A program made the position numbers and the translations under genes. The notes beneath the pieces are model-generated. The model was not told the origin of the DNA, searched no databases, and saw nothing but the letters and a program-made list of their open reading frames with translations. 64,000 bases of DNA from Puccinia triticina (Eukaryota). Every line of letters starts with the position of its first letter. Position 1 is the first letter of the stretch. The stretch spans positions 4,898,001-4,962,000 of the forward strand of contig CP110439.1 of NCBI GenBank assembly GCA_026914245.1, written 5' to 3'. Of the stretch, positions 24,624 through 38,379 are shown in pieces.

Positions 24624-27600
24624 CACTACGAAGATGGATGAATTTGCGATGTTGTATATTGATCAATATAGCGTATATTGATCAATTTATATTGATCCAT
24701 TTTTTTTTATTCCTCTTGATACCTTTGTCTGTGTTCCATGTCTCCTTAATACTCTTCTATAATCTATTTCCTTCCCCTGTATTTGCTTCAAGCCACAGGA
24801 ATCTTTTTTTTTTGTCTGATAACATTCATAAATTTATACATACACCATTCAATTCTACATGAAAAAAATACACTGCAAGGTTTAGGATTAATCCAGAGTG
24901 GCTGAGGGGGATCAATTTTTTTTTCTTGTTTTTTTTACTTCAACAATTGATGTTATCAGAAGTCTCCAAATCTACTTTTTTTCAAAAAAGGAAAAACATT
25001 GACCCCTGACCTCTATCAGTATCATGATACAATCCTGCACACATTGCTAATTTGGTTGGTTGAACTTCCTGAAGATATTGCACATCATACTTGAAGTGCT
25101 ACATGCATAGAAGGCCTTTTTGAAATTAGTTTACCATGGTTTAGCATATTTTTGTCAGGTTCTTTTTTTTATCAACTTTTGTTGTCAACCACAGATTAAT
25201 GAGGAATATTTCCACGTAAAATTTCATCAGACAATTTTTCTGCATAGAAAACCCAGAAATATTGTGTTTGGGGTCACATCCATTATGCAGCAGCTACAGT
25301 CTGATCAGTTCGCAAATATGACTACTTTGGTAGTTTCTTGGTGTTGCTGCCACTATATCTCATCCCAGTGTGGGAATCCTTCTGCCATATGGTTACCGAA
25401 ATGGTTGGAGGCCCCTAAAGATTCATCATGTACCTTTAATGACCACAAAACCCCCAAATGTGGAAGCTACAGTCTGATCAGTTCCCAAATATCACTACTT
25501 TGGTATTTCTTGGTGTTTCTGCCACTATATCTCATCCCAGCTTGGGAATACTTCTGCCATATGGTTACCAAATGGTTACAGGCCCCCAAAGATTCATATG
25601 TACCTTTACTGACCACAAAACCCCCAAATGTAGCAGCTACAGTCTGATCAGTTCCCAAAATCACTACTTTGGTAGTTTCTTTGTGTTTCTGCTACTATAT
25701 TTCATCCCAGCGTGGGAATCCTTCTGCCATATGGTTATCAGAATTTTGACAGGCCCCCAATAATTCATTATGTACGTTTAGTCACCACAAAACCCCCAAA
25801 CGTAGCAGCTACAGTCTGATCAGTTCCCAAATATCACTACTTTGGTATTTCTTGGTGTTTCTGCCACTATATCTCATCCCAGAGTGGGAATAATTCTGCC
25901 ATATGGTTACCAAAATATTATATAGGCCCCAAAGATTCATTATGTACCTTTACTTACCACAAAATGTCCAAATGTAGCAGCTACAATCTGATCAGTTCCC
26001 AAATATCACTACTTTGGTACTTTGGTAGTCTCTCGGTGTTTCTGCCACTATATCTCATCCCAGCATGGGAATACTTCTGCCATATGGTTACAAAAAGGTA
26101 CATAATGAATTTTTGGGGGCTTGTTAACATTTTGGTAACCATATGGCAGAATTATTCCCACGCTGGGATGAGATATAGTAGCAGAAACACCAGGAAACTA
26201 CCAAAATAGTCATATTTGCAAACTGATCAGACTGTAGCTGCTACATTTGTGGGTTTTGTGGTGACTAAAGGTACATAATGAATTATTGGGGGCCCGTCAA
26301 AATTTTGATAACCATATGGCAGAAGGTTTCCCACACTGGGATGAGATATAGTGGCAGAAACACCAAGAAGCTACCAAAGTAGTGATTTTGGGAACCGATC
26401 AGACTGTAGCTGCTACATTTGGGGGTTTTGTGGTCAGTCAAGGTACATAATGAATCTTTGGGGGCTTTTTAACATTTTGGTAACCATATGGCAGAATTAT
26501 TCCCATGCTGGGATGAGATATAGTGGCAGAAACACCAAGAAATACCAAAGTAGTGATAGTTGGGAACTGATCAGGCCGTAGCTGCTACATTTGGGGGTTT
26601 TGTGGTCAGTAAAGGTACATAATGAATCTTTGGGGCCTCTTAACATTTTGGTAACAATATGGCAGAAGGATGCCCACACTGTGATGAGATACACTGGTAG
26701 AAACACCAAACAACTACCAAAGTAGCGATATTTGGGAACTGATCAGACTGTAGCTGCTACATTTGGGGGTTTTGTGGTCAGTCAAGGTACACAATGAATC
26801 TTTGGGGGCTTTTTAACATTTTGGTAAACATATGGCAGAATTATTCCCACGCTGGGATGAGATATAGTGGCAGATACACCAAGAAACTACAAAAGTAGTG
26901 ATATTTGGGAACTGATCAGACTGTAGCGGCTACATTTGGGGGTCTTGTGGTGACTTAAGGTCCATAATAAATCCCTGGGGGCCCGTAAACATTTTGGTAA
27001 CCATATGGCAGAAGGATTACCACGCTGGGATGAAATATAGTGGCAGAAACACCAAGAAACTAACAAAGTAGTGATATTTGGGAACTGATCAGACTGTAGC
27101 TGCTACATTTGGGGGTCTTGTGGTGACTCAAGGTCCATAATGAATCCTTGGGGGCCTTTCAACATTTTAGTAACCATATGTCAGAAGGATTCCCATGCTG
27201 GGATGAGATATAGTGGCAGAAACACCAAGAAACTACCAAAGTAGTGGTATTTGGGAACTGATCAGACTGTAGCTGCTACATTTGGGGGTTTTGTGGTGAC
27301 TTAAGGTCCATAATGAATTCCTGGGGGCCTGTAAGCATTTTGGTAACCATATGGTAGAAGCATTCCCACGCTGGGATGAGATATAGTGGCAGAAACACCA
27401 AAAAACTACCAAAGTAGTGATATTTGGGGACTGATCAGAGTGTAGCTGCGAAATTTGGGGGCCTTGGGGTGACTTAAGCTCCATAATGAATCCTTGGGGG
27501 TCTGCCAACATTTTTGTAACCATATGGCAGAAGGATTCCCACACTGGGATGAGATATAGTGACAGAAACCCAAGAAACTACCAAAGTAGTGATATTTGGG

Positions 27601-30600
27601 AACTGATCAGACTGTAGCTGCTACATTCGTGGGCATTGTGGTTACTTAAGCTCCATAATGAATCCTTGGGGCCTTTCAACATTTAGGTAACCATATGTCA
27701 GAAGGATTCCCATGCTGGGATGAGATATAGTGGCAGAAACACCAAGAAACTACCAAAGTAGTGATATTTGGGAACTGATCAGACTGTAGCTGCTACATTT
27801 GGAGGTCTTGTGGTGACTTAAGGTCCATAGTGAATCCTTGGGGCCTTTCAACATTTAGGTAACCATACGTCAGAAGGATTCCCACGCTGGGATGAGATAT
27901 AGTGACAGAAACCCAAGCAACTACCAAAGTAGTGATATTTGGGAACTGATCAGACTGTAGCTGCTACATTCGTGGGCCTTGTGGTTACTTAAGCTCCATA
28001 ATGAATCCTTGTGGGCCTTTCAACATTTGGGTAACCATACGTCAGAAGGATTCCCACGCTGGGATGAGAAATAGTGACAGAAACGCCAAGAAACTGCCAA
28101 AGTAGTGATATTTGGGAACTGATCAGACTGTAGCTGCTACATTTGTGGGCCTTGTGGTTACTTAAGCTCCATAATGAATCCTTGGGGGCCTTTCAACATT
28201 TTGGTAACCATATGGCAGAAGGATTCCCACGCTGGGATGAGATGTAGTGGCAGAAACACCAAGAAACTACCAAAGTTGTTATATTTGGGAACTGATCAGA
28301 CTTTAGCTGCTACATTTGGAGGTTTTGTGGTCATTAAAGGTACATAATAAATCTTTGGGGGCCTGTAAACATTTTGTCAACCATATGGCAGAAGGATTCT
28401 CACGCTGGGATGAGATATAGTGGCAGGAACACCAAGAAACTACCAAAGTAGTGATATTTGGGAACTGATCGGACTGTAGCTGCTACATTTGGGGGCCTTG
28501 TGGTGACTTAAGATCCATAATGAATCCTTGGGGGCCTTTCAACATTTTGGTAACCATATGGCAGAAGGATTCCCACGCTGGGATGAGATATAGTGGCAGA
28601 AACACCAAGAAACTACCAAAGTTGTTATATTTGGGAACTGATCAGACTTTAGCTGCTACATTTGGGGGTTTTGTGGTCATTAAAGGTACATAATAAATCT
28701 TTGGGGGCCTGTAAACATTTTGTCAACCATATGGCAGAAGGATTCCCACGCTGGGATGAGATATAGTGGCAGGAACACCAAGAAACTACCAAAGTAGTGA
28801 TATTTGGGAACTGATCAGACTGTAGCTGCTACATTTGGGGGTCTTGTGGTGACTTAAGGTCCATAATGAATCCCTGGGGGCCCGTAAACATTTTGGTAAC
28901 CATATGGCAGAATTATTCCCACGCTGGTATGAGATATAGTGGCAGAAACGCCAAGAAACTACCAAAGTAGTGATATTTGGGAACTGATTGGACTGTAGCT
29001 GCTACATTTGGGGGTCTTGTGGTGACTTAAGGTCCATAATAAACCCCTGGGGGCCCGTAAACATTTTGGTAACCATATGACAGAAGGATTACCACGCTGG
29101 GATGAAATATAGTGGCAGAAACACCAAGAAACTAACAAAGTAGTGATATTTGGGAACTGATCAGACTGTAGCTGCTACATTTGGGGGTCTTGTGGTGACT
29201 CAAGGTCCATAATGAATCCTTGGGGGCCTTTCAACATTTTGGTAACCATATGTCAGAAGGATTCCCACACTGGGATGAGATATAGTGGCAGAAACACCAA
29301 ACAACTACCAAAGTAGTGATATTTGGGAACTGATCAGACTGTAGCTGCTACATTTGGGGGTCTTGTGGTGACTTAAGATCCATAATGAATCCTTGGGGGC
29401 CCGTCAACATTTTGGTAACCATATGTCAGAAGGATTCCCATGCTGGGATGAAATATAGTGGCAGAAACACCAAGAAACTACCAAAGTAGTGATATTTGGG
29501 GACTGATCAGACTGTAGCTGCTACATTTGGGGGTCTTGTGGTGACTTAAGGTCCATAATGAATCTCGGGGGCCTTTCAACATTTAGGTAACCATACGTCA
29601 GAAGGATTCCCACGCTGGGATGAGATATAGTGACAGAAACCCAAGAAACTACCAAAGTAGTGATATTTGGGAACTGATCAGACTGTAGCTGCTACATTCG
29701 TGGGCCTTGTGGTTACTTAAGCTCCATAATGAATCCTTGGGGGCCTTTCAACATTTGGGTAACCATACGTCAGAAGGATTCCCACGCTGGGATGAGAAAT
29801 AGTGACAGAAACACCAAGAAACTACCAAAGTAGTGATATTTGGGAACTGATCGGACTGTAGCTGCTACATTTGGGGGCCTTGTGGTGACTTAAGATCCAT
29901 AATGAATCCTTGGGGGCCTTTCAACATTTTGGTAACCATATGGCAGAAGGATTCCCACGCTGGGATGAGATATAGTGGCAGAAACACCAAGAAACTACCA
30001 AAGTTGTTATATTTGGGAACTGATCAGACTTTAGCTGCTACATTTGGAGGTTTTGTGGTCATTAAAGGTACATAATAAATCTTTGGGGGCCTTTAAACAT
30101 TTTGTCAACCATGTGGCAGAAGGATTCCCACGCTGGGATGAGATATAGTGGCAGGAACACCAAGAAACTACCAAAGTAGTGATATTTGGGAACTGATCAG
30201 ACTGTAGCTGCTACATTTGGGGGTTTTGTGGTGACTAAAGGTACATAATGCATCTTTGGGGTCCTTTCAACATTCTGGTAACCATATATCAGAAGGATTT
30301 CCACGCTGGGATGAGATATAGTGGCAGAAACACCAAGAAACTACCAAAGTAGTGATATTTGGGAACTGATCAGACTGTAGCTGCGAAATTTGGGGGCCTT
30401 GGGGTGACTTAAGCTCCATAATGAATCCTTGGGGGTCTGCCAACATTTTTGTAACCATATGGCACAAGGATTCCCACACTGGGATGAGATATAGTGGCAG
30501 AAACACCAAGAAACTACCAAAGTAGTGATATGGGAACTGATCAGACTGTAGCTGCTACATTTGGGGTCTTGTGGTGACTTAAGGTCCATAATGAATCCTT

Positions 30601-32100
30601 GGGGCCCCGTAAACATTTTGGTAACCATATGGCAGAAGGATTCCCACGCTGGGATGACATATAGTGGCAGAAACACCCAGAAACTATCAAAGTAGTGATA
30701 TTTGGGAACAGATCAGACTGTAGCTGCTTAATTTGGGGGTTTTGTGGTCATTAAAGGTACATAATGAATCTTTGGGGGCCTGTAAACATTTTGGTAACCA
30801 TATGGCAGAAGGATTCCCACGCTGGGATGAGATATAGTGGCAGAAACACCAAGAAACTACCAAAGTAGGGATATTTGTGAACTTATCAGACTGTAGCTGC
30901 TACATTTGGGGTTTTGTGGTCAGTGAAGGTACATAATGAATCTTTTGGGGCCTCTTAACATTTTGGTAACCATTTGGCAGAAGTATTCCCACACTGGGAT
31001 GAGATATAGTGGCAGAAATACCAAGAAACTACCAAAGTAGTGATACTTGGGAACTGATCAGACTATAGCTGCTAGGTTTGGCGTTCTTGTGGTGACTTAA
31101 GGTCCATAATGAATCCTTGGGGGCCCGTAAACATTTTGGTAACCATATGGCAGAAGGATTCCCACACTGGGATGAGATATAGTGGCAGAAACACCAAGAA
31201 ACTACCAAAGTAGTGATATTTGTGAACTGATCAGACTGTAGCTGCTACATTTGGCGGTTTTGTGGTGAGTAAAGGTACACAAAGAATGTTTGGGGGCATT
31301 TAAACATTTAGATAACCATATGGCAGAAGAATTCCCACACTGTGATGAGATATAGTGGCAGAAACACCAATAAAGTACAAAAGTAGTGATATTTGGCAAC
31401 CGATCAGATTGTAGCTGCTGCATAATGCATGTGTCCCAAAACACAATATTTCTGGGTTTTATATGCAGATCAATTTTTGGATGAAATTTTATGTCAAAAC
31501 ATTCCTCATTAATCTGTGGGTGATAACAAAAGTAGATAAAACAAAGAAACAAACAAAAATATGCTAAACCATGGTAAACTAATTCCAAAAAGGCCTTCTA
31601 TGCATGTAGCACCTCAAGTATGATGTGCAATATCTTCAGGAAGTTCAACCAACCAAATTAACAATGTTTGCAGGATGGTATCATGAGAGAGGTCAGGGGT
31701 CAATGTTTTTCCTTTTTTGAAAAAAAGTAGATTTGGAGACTTCTGATAACATCAATTGTTGAAGTAAAAAAGAAAAATAAAAAACTTTGAGACCCCTCAG
31801 CCACCCTGGAGAAATCCTAAAACTTGCAATGTCTTTTTTTTTATGAAGAATCAAATGGTGTATGTAGAAATTTATGAATGTTATCAGGCAAAAAAAATAA
31901 AAAATTCATGTGGCTTGAAGCTAACTCAGGGGGAAGGAGAGAGATTATAGAAGACTATTAAGGAGACATGCAACACAGAAAAAGGTTTCAAGAGGAATAA
32001 AAAAAATGATCAATATAAATTGATCAATATACGCTCTATTGATCAATATACGCTATATTGATCAATATACGACATCGCGAATTCATCCATCTTGGTAGTG
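24624..32100. mobile_element. Non-autonomous CACTA (EnSpm) foldback element
   Basis: Termini CACTACGAAGATGG and CCATCTTGGTAGTG; 3-bp TSD TCT (24621-24623, 32101-32103); about 670-bp non-satellite arms that are inverted copies; no transposase. Confidence 0.92.
25288..31420. repeat. 173-bp satellite array: about 4.6 units in one orientation, then about 31 units inverted; switch at about 26095
   Basis: The landmark GGGAACTGATCAGACTGTAGCTGCTACATTTGG recurs at 173-bp spacing (e.g. 27083 to 27256, 28463 to 28636). Confidence 0.97.
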
Positions 32101-32842
32101 TCTATGCACTGTGTATCCCACAGCGCCAGCGCTCCACGCTATCTATGCACTGCATATTCCGCAGCGCCACACTAGGAGCACACTTCACGCTATCTCCACG
32201 CAGTGCATTGCAGAAATTAGCCCTAATTGTAACCTACTGTAACTCCCTAGATGAGCTAGGTTTTCTTATCAGGGCTGATGATACCGCCGCCAGTTAGAGT
32301 GTGAGATATCAGCTAGTTGCCCCCTGAGATACTGCCTACCTCCCATACCCCGCCCTGCATCACATTCACACTTTCTCAGATTTTTCATATCCTCCGCACT
32401 TGCCTTCCCCCAACAGTCAACTCCATCCAAGATACCCATGGCGATGGTAGGCAAAATAGAAAAAGCGGGTCTTTCTCGGACTTTCAAGATGTGAGCAACA
32501 ACTCTGGGCAAAGCAAGGGTACAAAAACAAGTGCATCCAGACATGCCACCCCTCTAGACATTGTTTTTCTTGCGTTCCTCACTTTTCTCTCTCATCCAAC
32601 ATCTGTGCAATCAAGTTTTTCTGCGCCAAGCGCTGTTTGTGCTTGTTTGGACCTTGTGAATTAGTGCGCTTCTTGCACTAAAATGCAGCGCTGCAACGCT
32701 AAAAAACGCTTATTTAGCGCGCTACCCCTGTGTGATTTTTCTACCTGCGGCCAGATAGCGCCAGTGCTACGGGAAAGCGCAGCGCAGCAGGTCGAAATCC
32801 TGCTGCGCTACGGGGAGTGCAGCGCTTACACCGTTGGCTCTA

Positions 32843-33654
32843 GCAATGGTGCAAATGTATTTGTATATGGCACCTATTGTATAGCATATACATACAAACA
32901 TGCTGAGACATTTTGCATTCAAAAGCAAATACAATATAATGTATATGCCAACACCACGGGTGAGGTTTTAAAGTTTCCATCCAGTAAATTTACTGGATGG
33001 TACAAAAAACCAAAAACCACTCGGAATAATCCCGGTATGGTCAAAGGACCAAAAAGCAATTGGAATGCTTCTGGTATGGTCAAAGGACCGGAATCATCCC
33101 AATTGCAGTTTGCGTTGAAACCAAACCCAAAAAAAAGAAGTTCACATTGGAACGAAGTTGAAAAATTTTGGACTTCATTCCAGGAAATACAGACCAGAAT
33201 CTGTTTGTGGTATTTTTCCTGGATTTTTCCTGGGAAACTTCTGTATATGACCAATCAAGCCGTTGTGGAACTCCTACCAACGGTGAAACAAATACAATAC
33301 ATGTATCTGTATCTGCCTGTATTTGTATCTGTTTTGCACCCAATACTATCTATTTGTATTGTATTCAAAGACCAATACTATACAAATGTATTCAAACTTT
33401 GGTATCTTGTTGCAAATACAGCCCAATACAAGATACTGTATTTTTATTTTTTTTGATAGTTTTCCTGTATACAGTCCACAGTGGCCAAAAACAAGAAAAT
33501 CAAGTTTTAATAATTTATTGATACAAAACTATGGTATTGTATCTTCAGGCAGATACAATACATTTGTATTTACAATTTTGTATTTTTCAACAGATACAAT
33601 ACACAAGTATCTGAAGATACTGTATTGTATAGTATCTGTTTCACCGTTGCTCCT
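32843..33654. mobile_element. AT-rich MITE-like element abutting the previous element
   Basis: Left GCAATGGTG and right CACCGTTGCTCCTA are inverted; many GTATTGTATC/GATACAATAC subterminal motifs; no TSD seen. Confidence 0.55.
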
Positions 33655-35059
33655 ACCGTGCCAGGCGGTAGGCAGTGCTTGGAAGGGAAAGTGGTGATGA
33701 GCCTGCCTTCCTGTGAGGTCCTAGGATGAATGAGATCTGAGGAAAACCAGAGAAAGGGGGTTGAACAACAATGTGAGTGAGACTTGTTGGTGGGTTTGGG
33801 GGTTGAGGATCGGGAAAGGGATGCTGATGAGGATCTTGAGGGTTGATAAGGATCTGATGAGGTGATGAGGATAAGGATCTGAGAATCTTGATGGTGTATT
33901 TCGTGGATCAGAAGACTGCCATGCCTCCCCATCATCTGAGTTCAAACTTCAAACTCAGACTCCAGGAATTGAACATGTCACAGACATGTTCATCACATAC
34001 CTAACTACAAACAAGCTCTGCACAACACAAACAAAACAAAACACACACAAAGAAAGATCAACCGCATACATGGAAAAATGAGGAGAGTAACATAAGAGAA
34101 TGGGTGCAATGGAAAGTGGAGTTGTAACTGAACTGAAGCTGCATCAAAAAGAACAGAGAGAAAAATCAATATCAATCACAACATCTTGAATCTTGAGCTT
34201 GAGATTTGAGATGGATAATCTTGAGGGCTTGATCTTGATAACTGGTCACTCGAATCTTGAGTCTTCATCTGGATCTTGAACCATTGACTGTCTGTACCAT
34301 TTTGCTCACCACACCGTGCAGATGCAGGCTCATAGACACTAATCATGCCATGTCCCGTATGGCTTGTGTAGTGTTGTGGTCAAGGAGCTCTGGTGGGGTT
34401 AGATCAGCAACATGATGCTGGTTTGGGCCTGCCTTTTGGCTGGGTGATTTGTTTGGTCCTCATTTTGAGCCAATCACCACCCGCCACAGCCTTGAACCAT
34501 TCCGAATAGCATTCAAAAGCAGTTTGGAAAGGTGTTGGCGATCTGTGATATTTTGGGATTGCCCTCCAGTAGAATTCCAGGGAAATTCCCGTGGAAAGGC
34601 CGACTGTCTGACGACGGCCCCCCCTTGCAGGCAGACACCTCGAAATGATATCAGTTGCCAACCAAAAAACTTCACCAGTGGTGTACATGTCTTGCATTTG
34701 TTGCACGGTTGGTGCTAGCTTTGTCTGCTGAGGCTGTGGCATGAGTGGTGTACCCCAGCTACTGGGTTGCCAACTCCATCGATTAGCAGTGCTACTCTAA
34801 CCCCAGGCTGTGTTGTCCGCTTTTGCCCAGAAACCCTCCCTGGCTGAAAAAAGCCGCATAGAGCAGAGGAGTGTTTTTTGGGATCCAGCATGGGTTTGAT
34901 TCCGCAGACAGAGGATGGGAGATCTATGCACTATGTAACTCGAAGGCTGCTTGCTCTCCCCCTGGCCGTTTCCTCGCGCGTGCTTCCTTCCCGTTGGGTT
35001 GAATAGCCTGGGTGTGTAGGAGATGACAGTTCTTGGCTTGGCAGGGATTTTTGTGCTGG

Positions 35060-35246
35060 GGGTGGCTCCTGATCTGGAGGGTGCTCCTGATCTGGAGGGT
35101 GCTCCTGATCTGGAGGGTGGCTCCTGATCTGGAGGGTGCTCCTGATCTGGAGGGTGGCTCCTGATCTGGAGGGTGGCTCCTGATCTGGAGGGTGGCTCCT
35201 GATCTGGAGGGTGCTCCTGATCTGGAGGGTGGCTCCTGATCTGGGG
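35060..35246 (+). repeat. 18/19-bp minisatellite GGGTG(G)CTCCTGATCTGGA, 10 copies, about 100 bp upstream of COQ1
   Basis: Directly visible. Confidence 0.95.
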
Positions 35247-35351
35247 GAGTTCTTCGATCTGCCCCGCTGTGCTTAGGCAGCCACTTCACTCCGCCCATCT
35301 GCTGCCAGCCAGCCCGCCGCCAGCCAGCCAGCCAGCCCGCCGCCCTCCTCG

Positions 35352-36305
35352 ATGGCCAGCCGCCGCCTGATCCGCCAGCTCTCGACCCAGCCTCGGCCCG
35401 CGGGGCTGCCGCGGAGTGTGCACCGGGCACTCGAGACGATCGCCGACCCGTTCGCGCTGCTGGCCGGCGAGCTCGGCCAGCTCAAGCAGAGCCTGCGGGC
35501 ACTCGTCGGCTCCGACGACCACGGGCTCGGCGCCATCGCCGCCTACTACCTCGCCGCGCCCCACCAGGGCAAGCATCTCCGGCCCACCGTCGTCCTCCTC
35601 ATCGCCCAGGCCGCCGCCCCCGCCGCCGCCGGCCCCGCCCCCAGGCCCGTCGCCCTCAACCAGCCCCTCTCCCCCGCCCACATCCTCAACGACCCCAACC
35701 CGAGCCAGCCCCGCCCAGCAGCCTCCGCCGCCGTCGACCTCGGGCCCATCCTGCCCACCCAGCGCCGCCTCGCCGAGATCGCCGAGCTCATCCACGTCTC
35801 CTCCCTGCTCCACGACGACGTGATCGACCAGGCCGAGAGCCGCAGGGGCCGGCCCTCCGCCCCGCGCGCATTCGGAAGCAAGCTCGCCGTCCTCGCCGGC
35901 GACTTCCTGCTCGCTCGCGCCTCCCTCGCCCTCTCCCGCCTCGCCAACTTCGAGGTCATCGAGCTCGTCTCCAGCATCATCGCCAACCTCGTCCAGGGCG
36001 AGCTCCTCCAGCTCGACTCCATCCTCAACCACCCCCAGCAACAGCCCGCCGACGGCCCCGGCGCCCAGCCCGCCCCGCCGCCCGCCTCCTTCGACGACCG
36101 TCTGTTCGCCTTCTACGAGCGCAAGAACTACCTCAAGACCGCCTCCCTGATCGCCAAGACCTCCCGCGCAACCGTCCTTCTGTCGCCCGCTGCGAGCACC
36201 AACCGGTCGCTGGTCGAGGCCAGCTACGAGTACGGCAAGCATCTCGGCCTCGCCTTCCAAGTTCAGCCCTCCCCTCCCTCTCCCCTCCTCCTCCCTCAGA
36301 AAGCT

Positions 36306-36345
<40 letters not shown>

Positions 36346-36774
36346 CCCAGATCGTCGACGACATCCTCGACTACACGGGCTCCGACGAGACCCTGGGCAA
36401 GGCCGCCAACGGCTCCGACCTCAAGGCCGGCCTGGTCACCGGGCCCGGCCTGTATGCCTGGAAACAGCACCCCGAGAAGTTCGGCGAGCTGGTCGCCCGC
36501 AAGTTCTGCCGTCCCGGCGACCTCGAACTCGTTAAGCCCCCCTTACCCCCTTACCCCCTCTCTTTTTTCCCTGGTCTGTCGTCCTGATTGTTTCGCGGCG
36601 GCGGACACACAGGCGTGCGAGATGGTCCAGAAGGCCGACGGGATCAGCCAGGCCTACCAGCTCGCCTCCAGCCATCTGCAGCGCTGCAGAGAGAGCCTCG
36701 AGCTTTTCGAGCCCTCCGAGGCCAAGCAGGGGCTGCACGCGCTCTGCGATCTCGTCCTCAACCGCAACCACTGA
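35352..36774 (+). CDS. COQ1: Trans-polyprenyl diphosphate synthase for coenzyme Q; exons 35352-36260, 36351-36530, 36613-36774 (416 aa)
   Basis: GKHLRP; first Asp-rich motif LLHDDVID..RRG; AVLAGDFLL; YLKTASL; second motif AFQIVDDILD after splicing; DLKAG; Arg-rich mitochondrial-type N-terminus. Confidence 0.93.
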
Positions 36775-38379
36775 TCGTGCCTATCTTATCCTTTTTATTT
36801 TTTGGAGGTAGAAGGACGATCTTTCTTCTAGAATATCCATCCCATAGATGTCCTCACTCGATGCGCCATCCTAGAATGAATTGGGTGGGGGGTAGCTTAC
36901 ACATGATTCCCGATGTATCTCTTCACTTCCATAGCCTCATGAGCACGGTTTCCTTTCTTGACTAATTTATCTGAACCGACGCTTTCTTGCTCTTGGCCAC
37001 ACATGATAATATATGTAGACGTACTAGATGGGAGAGGCCCGAGAGAGCTGCACACGCCTCTCCGGCCGCACAACCACCAAAGCCTCAGCAGGGAGTCTTT
37101 CTTGCCTCCCCCAATCTACCCAGCCTCTGGCTGGGTTTCTTTGCGCAGTTGAACACATCCTCCACAGCTTTCTGAGCCTGCATCCTCCTTTCTTGTTTTG
37201 GCTTGTGGTGGAGCATGGGTATGGGGCAGTTTTTGAGAGAGCCCCTGCAGGTCGACTTCCACTGCTTGTATCTGGAGTATCTGCACTGCAGCCCCGCACA
37301 CTTCATATGTGGGCAGCTGTGGCCCGAGCGGAACATTGTACACCACAGGAGCAATCGAGAGAAGTCGGGACGTTGCCCAAACAGTCCCAGGAATCACCCG
37401 TCCTGGCAACCACTAGGACCGCGGGGGAACGTTGTGGTTGCCTTGATGGCCGCAGGACAGATTTTAGACTGAATGTGTTCACTGACGTCCAGAGGATGCA
37501 AGTGGGTTGGGTCGACCCGACAGAGACCCGAGACCCGTCGGGGTCTCGGGTCGGGTTCGGGTAGCCTAATAGTCATAAACTCAATTTCCAACCCGACCCG
37601 GCAAGACCCGATTGTTAATCGGGTTCGGGTTTGGGCGGGCAAATTCCTTTTCGGGTCGGCCTAAGGATGGCTAATGGGCAGCCCGGCAACATCCAAACAA
37701 GGGGTTTGAGCTATTTCTTGAACAGGCCTCTCATCTAAGTAAATGGTCTAGAACCCCAGAGGCTGTCTTTTCTGGTTCATGATCAAAAAATTCAATTGGC
37801 GCAATTGGAGCCCGCAGGTGGCCCATTGGAAAGCCCGCCCATTAGCCATCCTGGGGTCGGCCCGATGACCCGACCCTGCCCCGATTAAGTCCGATGTTTG
37901 CCCATTACTGGAAGCGTAGCGTGAAGTGTTTAGTTCCGTGGATGCTCTAGACGCGTCATCCCCCCAAGCGCCGGTGGAGCAAAACGCCACGTTTATGCTA
38001 CCGCCGACCGTAGAGGATGCAAAACCCCCATTAGGCTATGGAATGAAACCATACATGGCTAAAAGCGGGAACCACCTTGGAACCCTTCCGTTTCCAGAGG
38101 CCCCTTAAAAGGGTGACCCGCTTAGGGAAGACCAAAGGAGTTAACCGCTCCAGCCAGTCCCCAGGTACTGGTCCCCATATAAATAGTGGAGTGCCTCTCC
38201 CTCTCTTTCCCCCATCGCGCTGTTACCAAAGCAAACCCCGTCTCCCTTAGCCTCTCCGCGCTTTTAGTAAGCGTTGCTTGAGAAATTAACTCCTAATTTT
38301 TTCGACCTAGAAATCTGAATCTTCTTGCTCTTGCTCACGGTGAATCATTCTTCATACCTACTTAGCATCTTCACGCGCT

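Larger units (their letters stand above)
24331..32842. mobile_element. Non-autonomous TIR element (hAT-like) hosting the CACTA insertion
   Basis: CAACGGTGTAAGCGCTGCAC at the left is inverted at the right (GTGCAGCGCTTACACCGTTG). Subterminal AGCGC/CACGCTATCT motifs. No TSD resolved. Confidence 0.65.

Noticed and set aside
25120..31588. Repeated ORFs (CSSYSLISSQISLLW...) as a gene family
   Set aside because: They are translations of the 173-bp satellite, whose unit is not a multiple of 3.
32683..33697. 257-aa and neighbouring ORFs
   Set aside because: They span the junction of two MITE-like elements and translate subterminal repeats; no domain is recognisable.
33660..34920. Possible gene or LTR fragment
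   Set aside because: No termini, partner repeat or consistent exon chain could be supported.
35286..36470. 394-aa minus-strand ORF and other overlapping ORFs
   Set aside because: Shadow frames of GC-rich COQ1; the same applies to 57418-58401 around the C78 gene.
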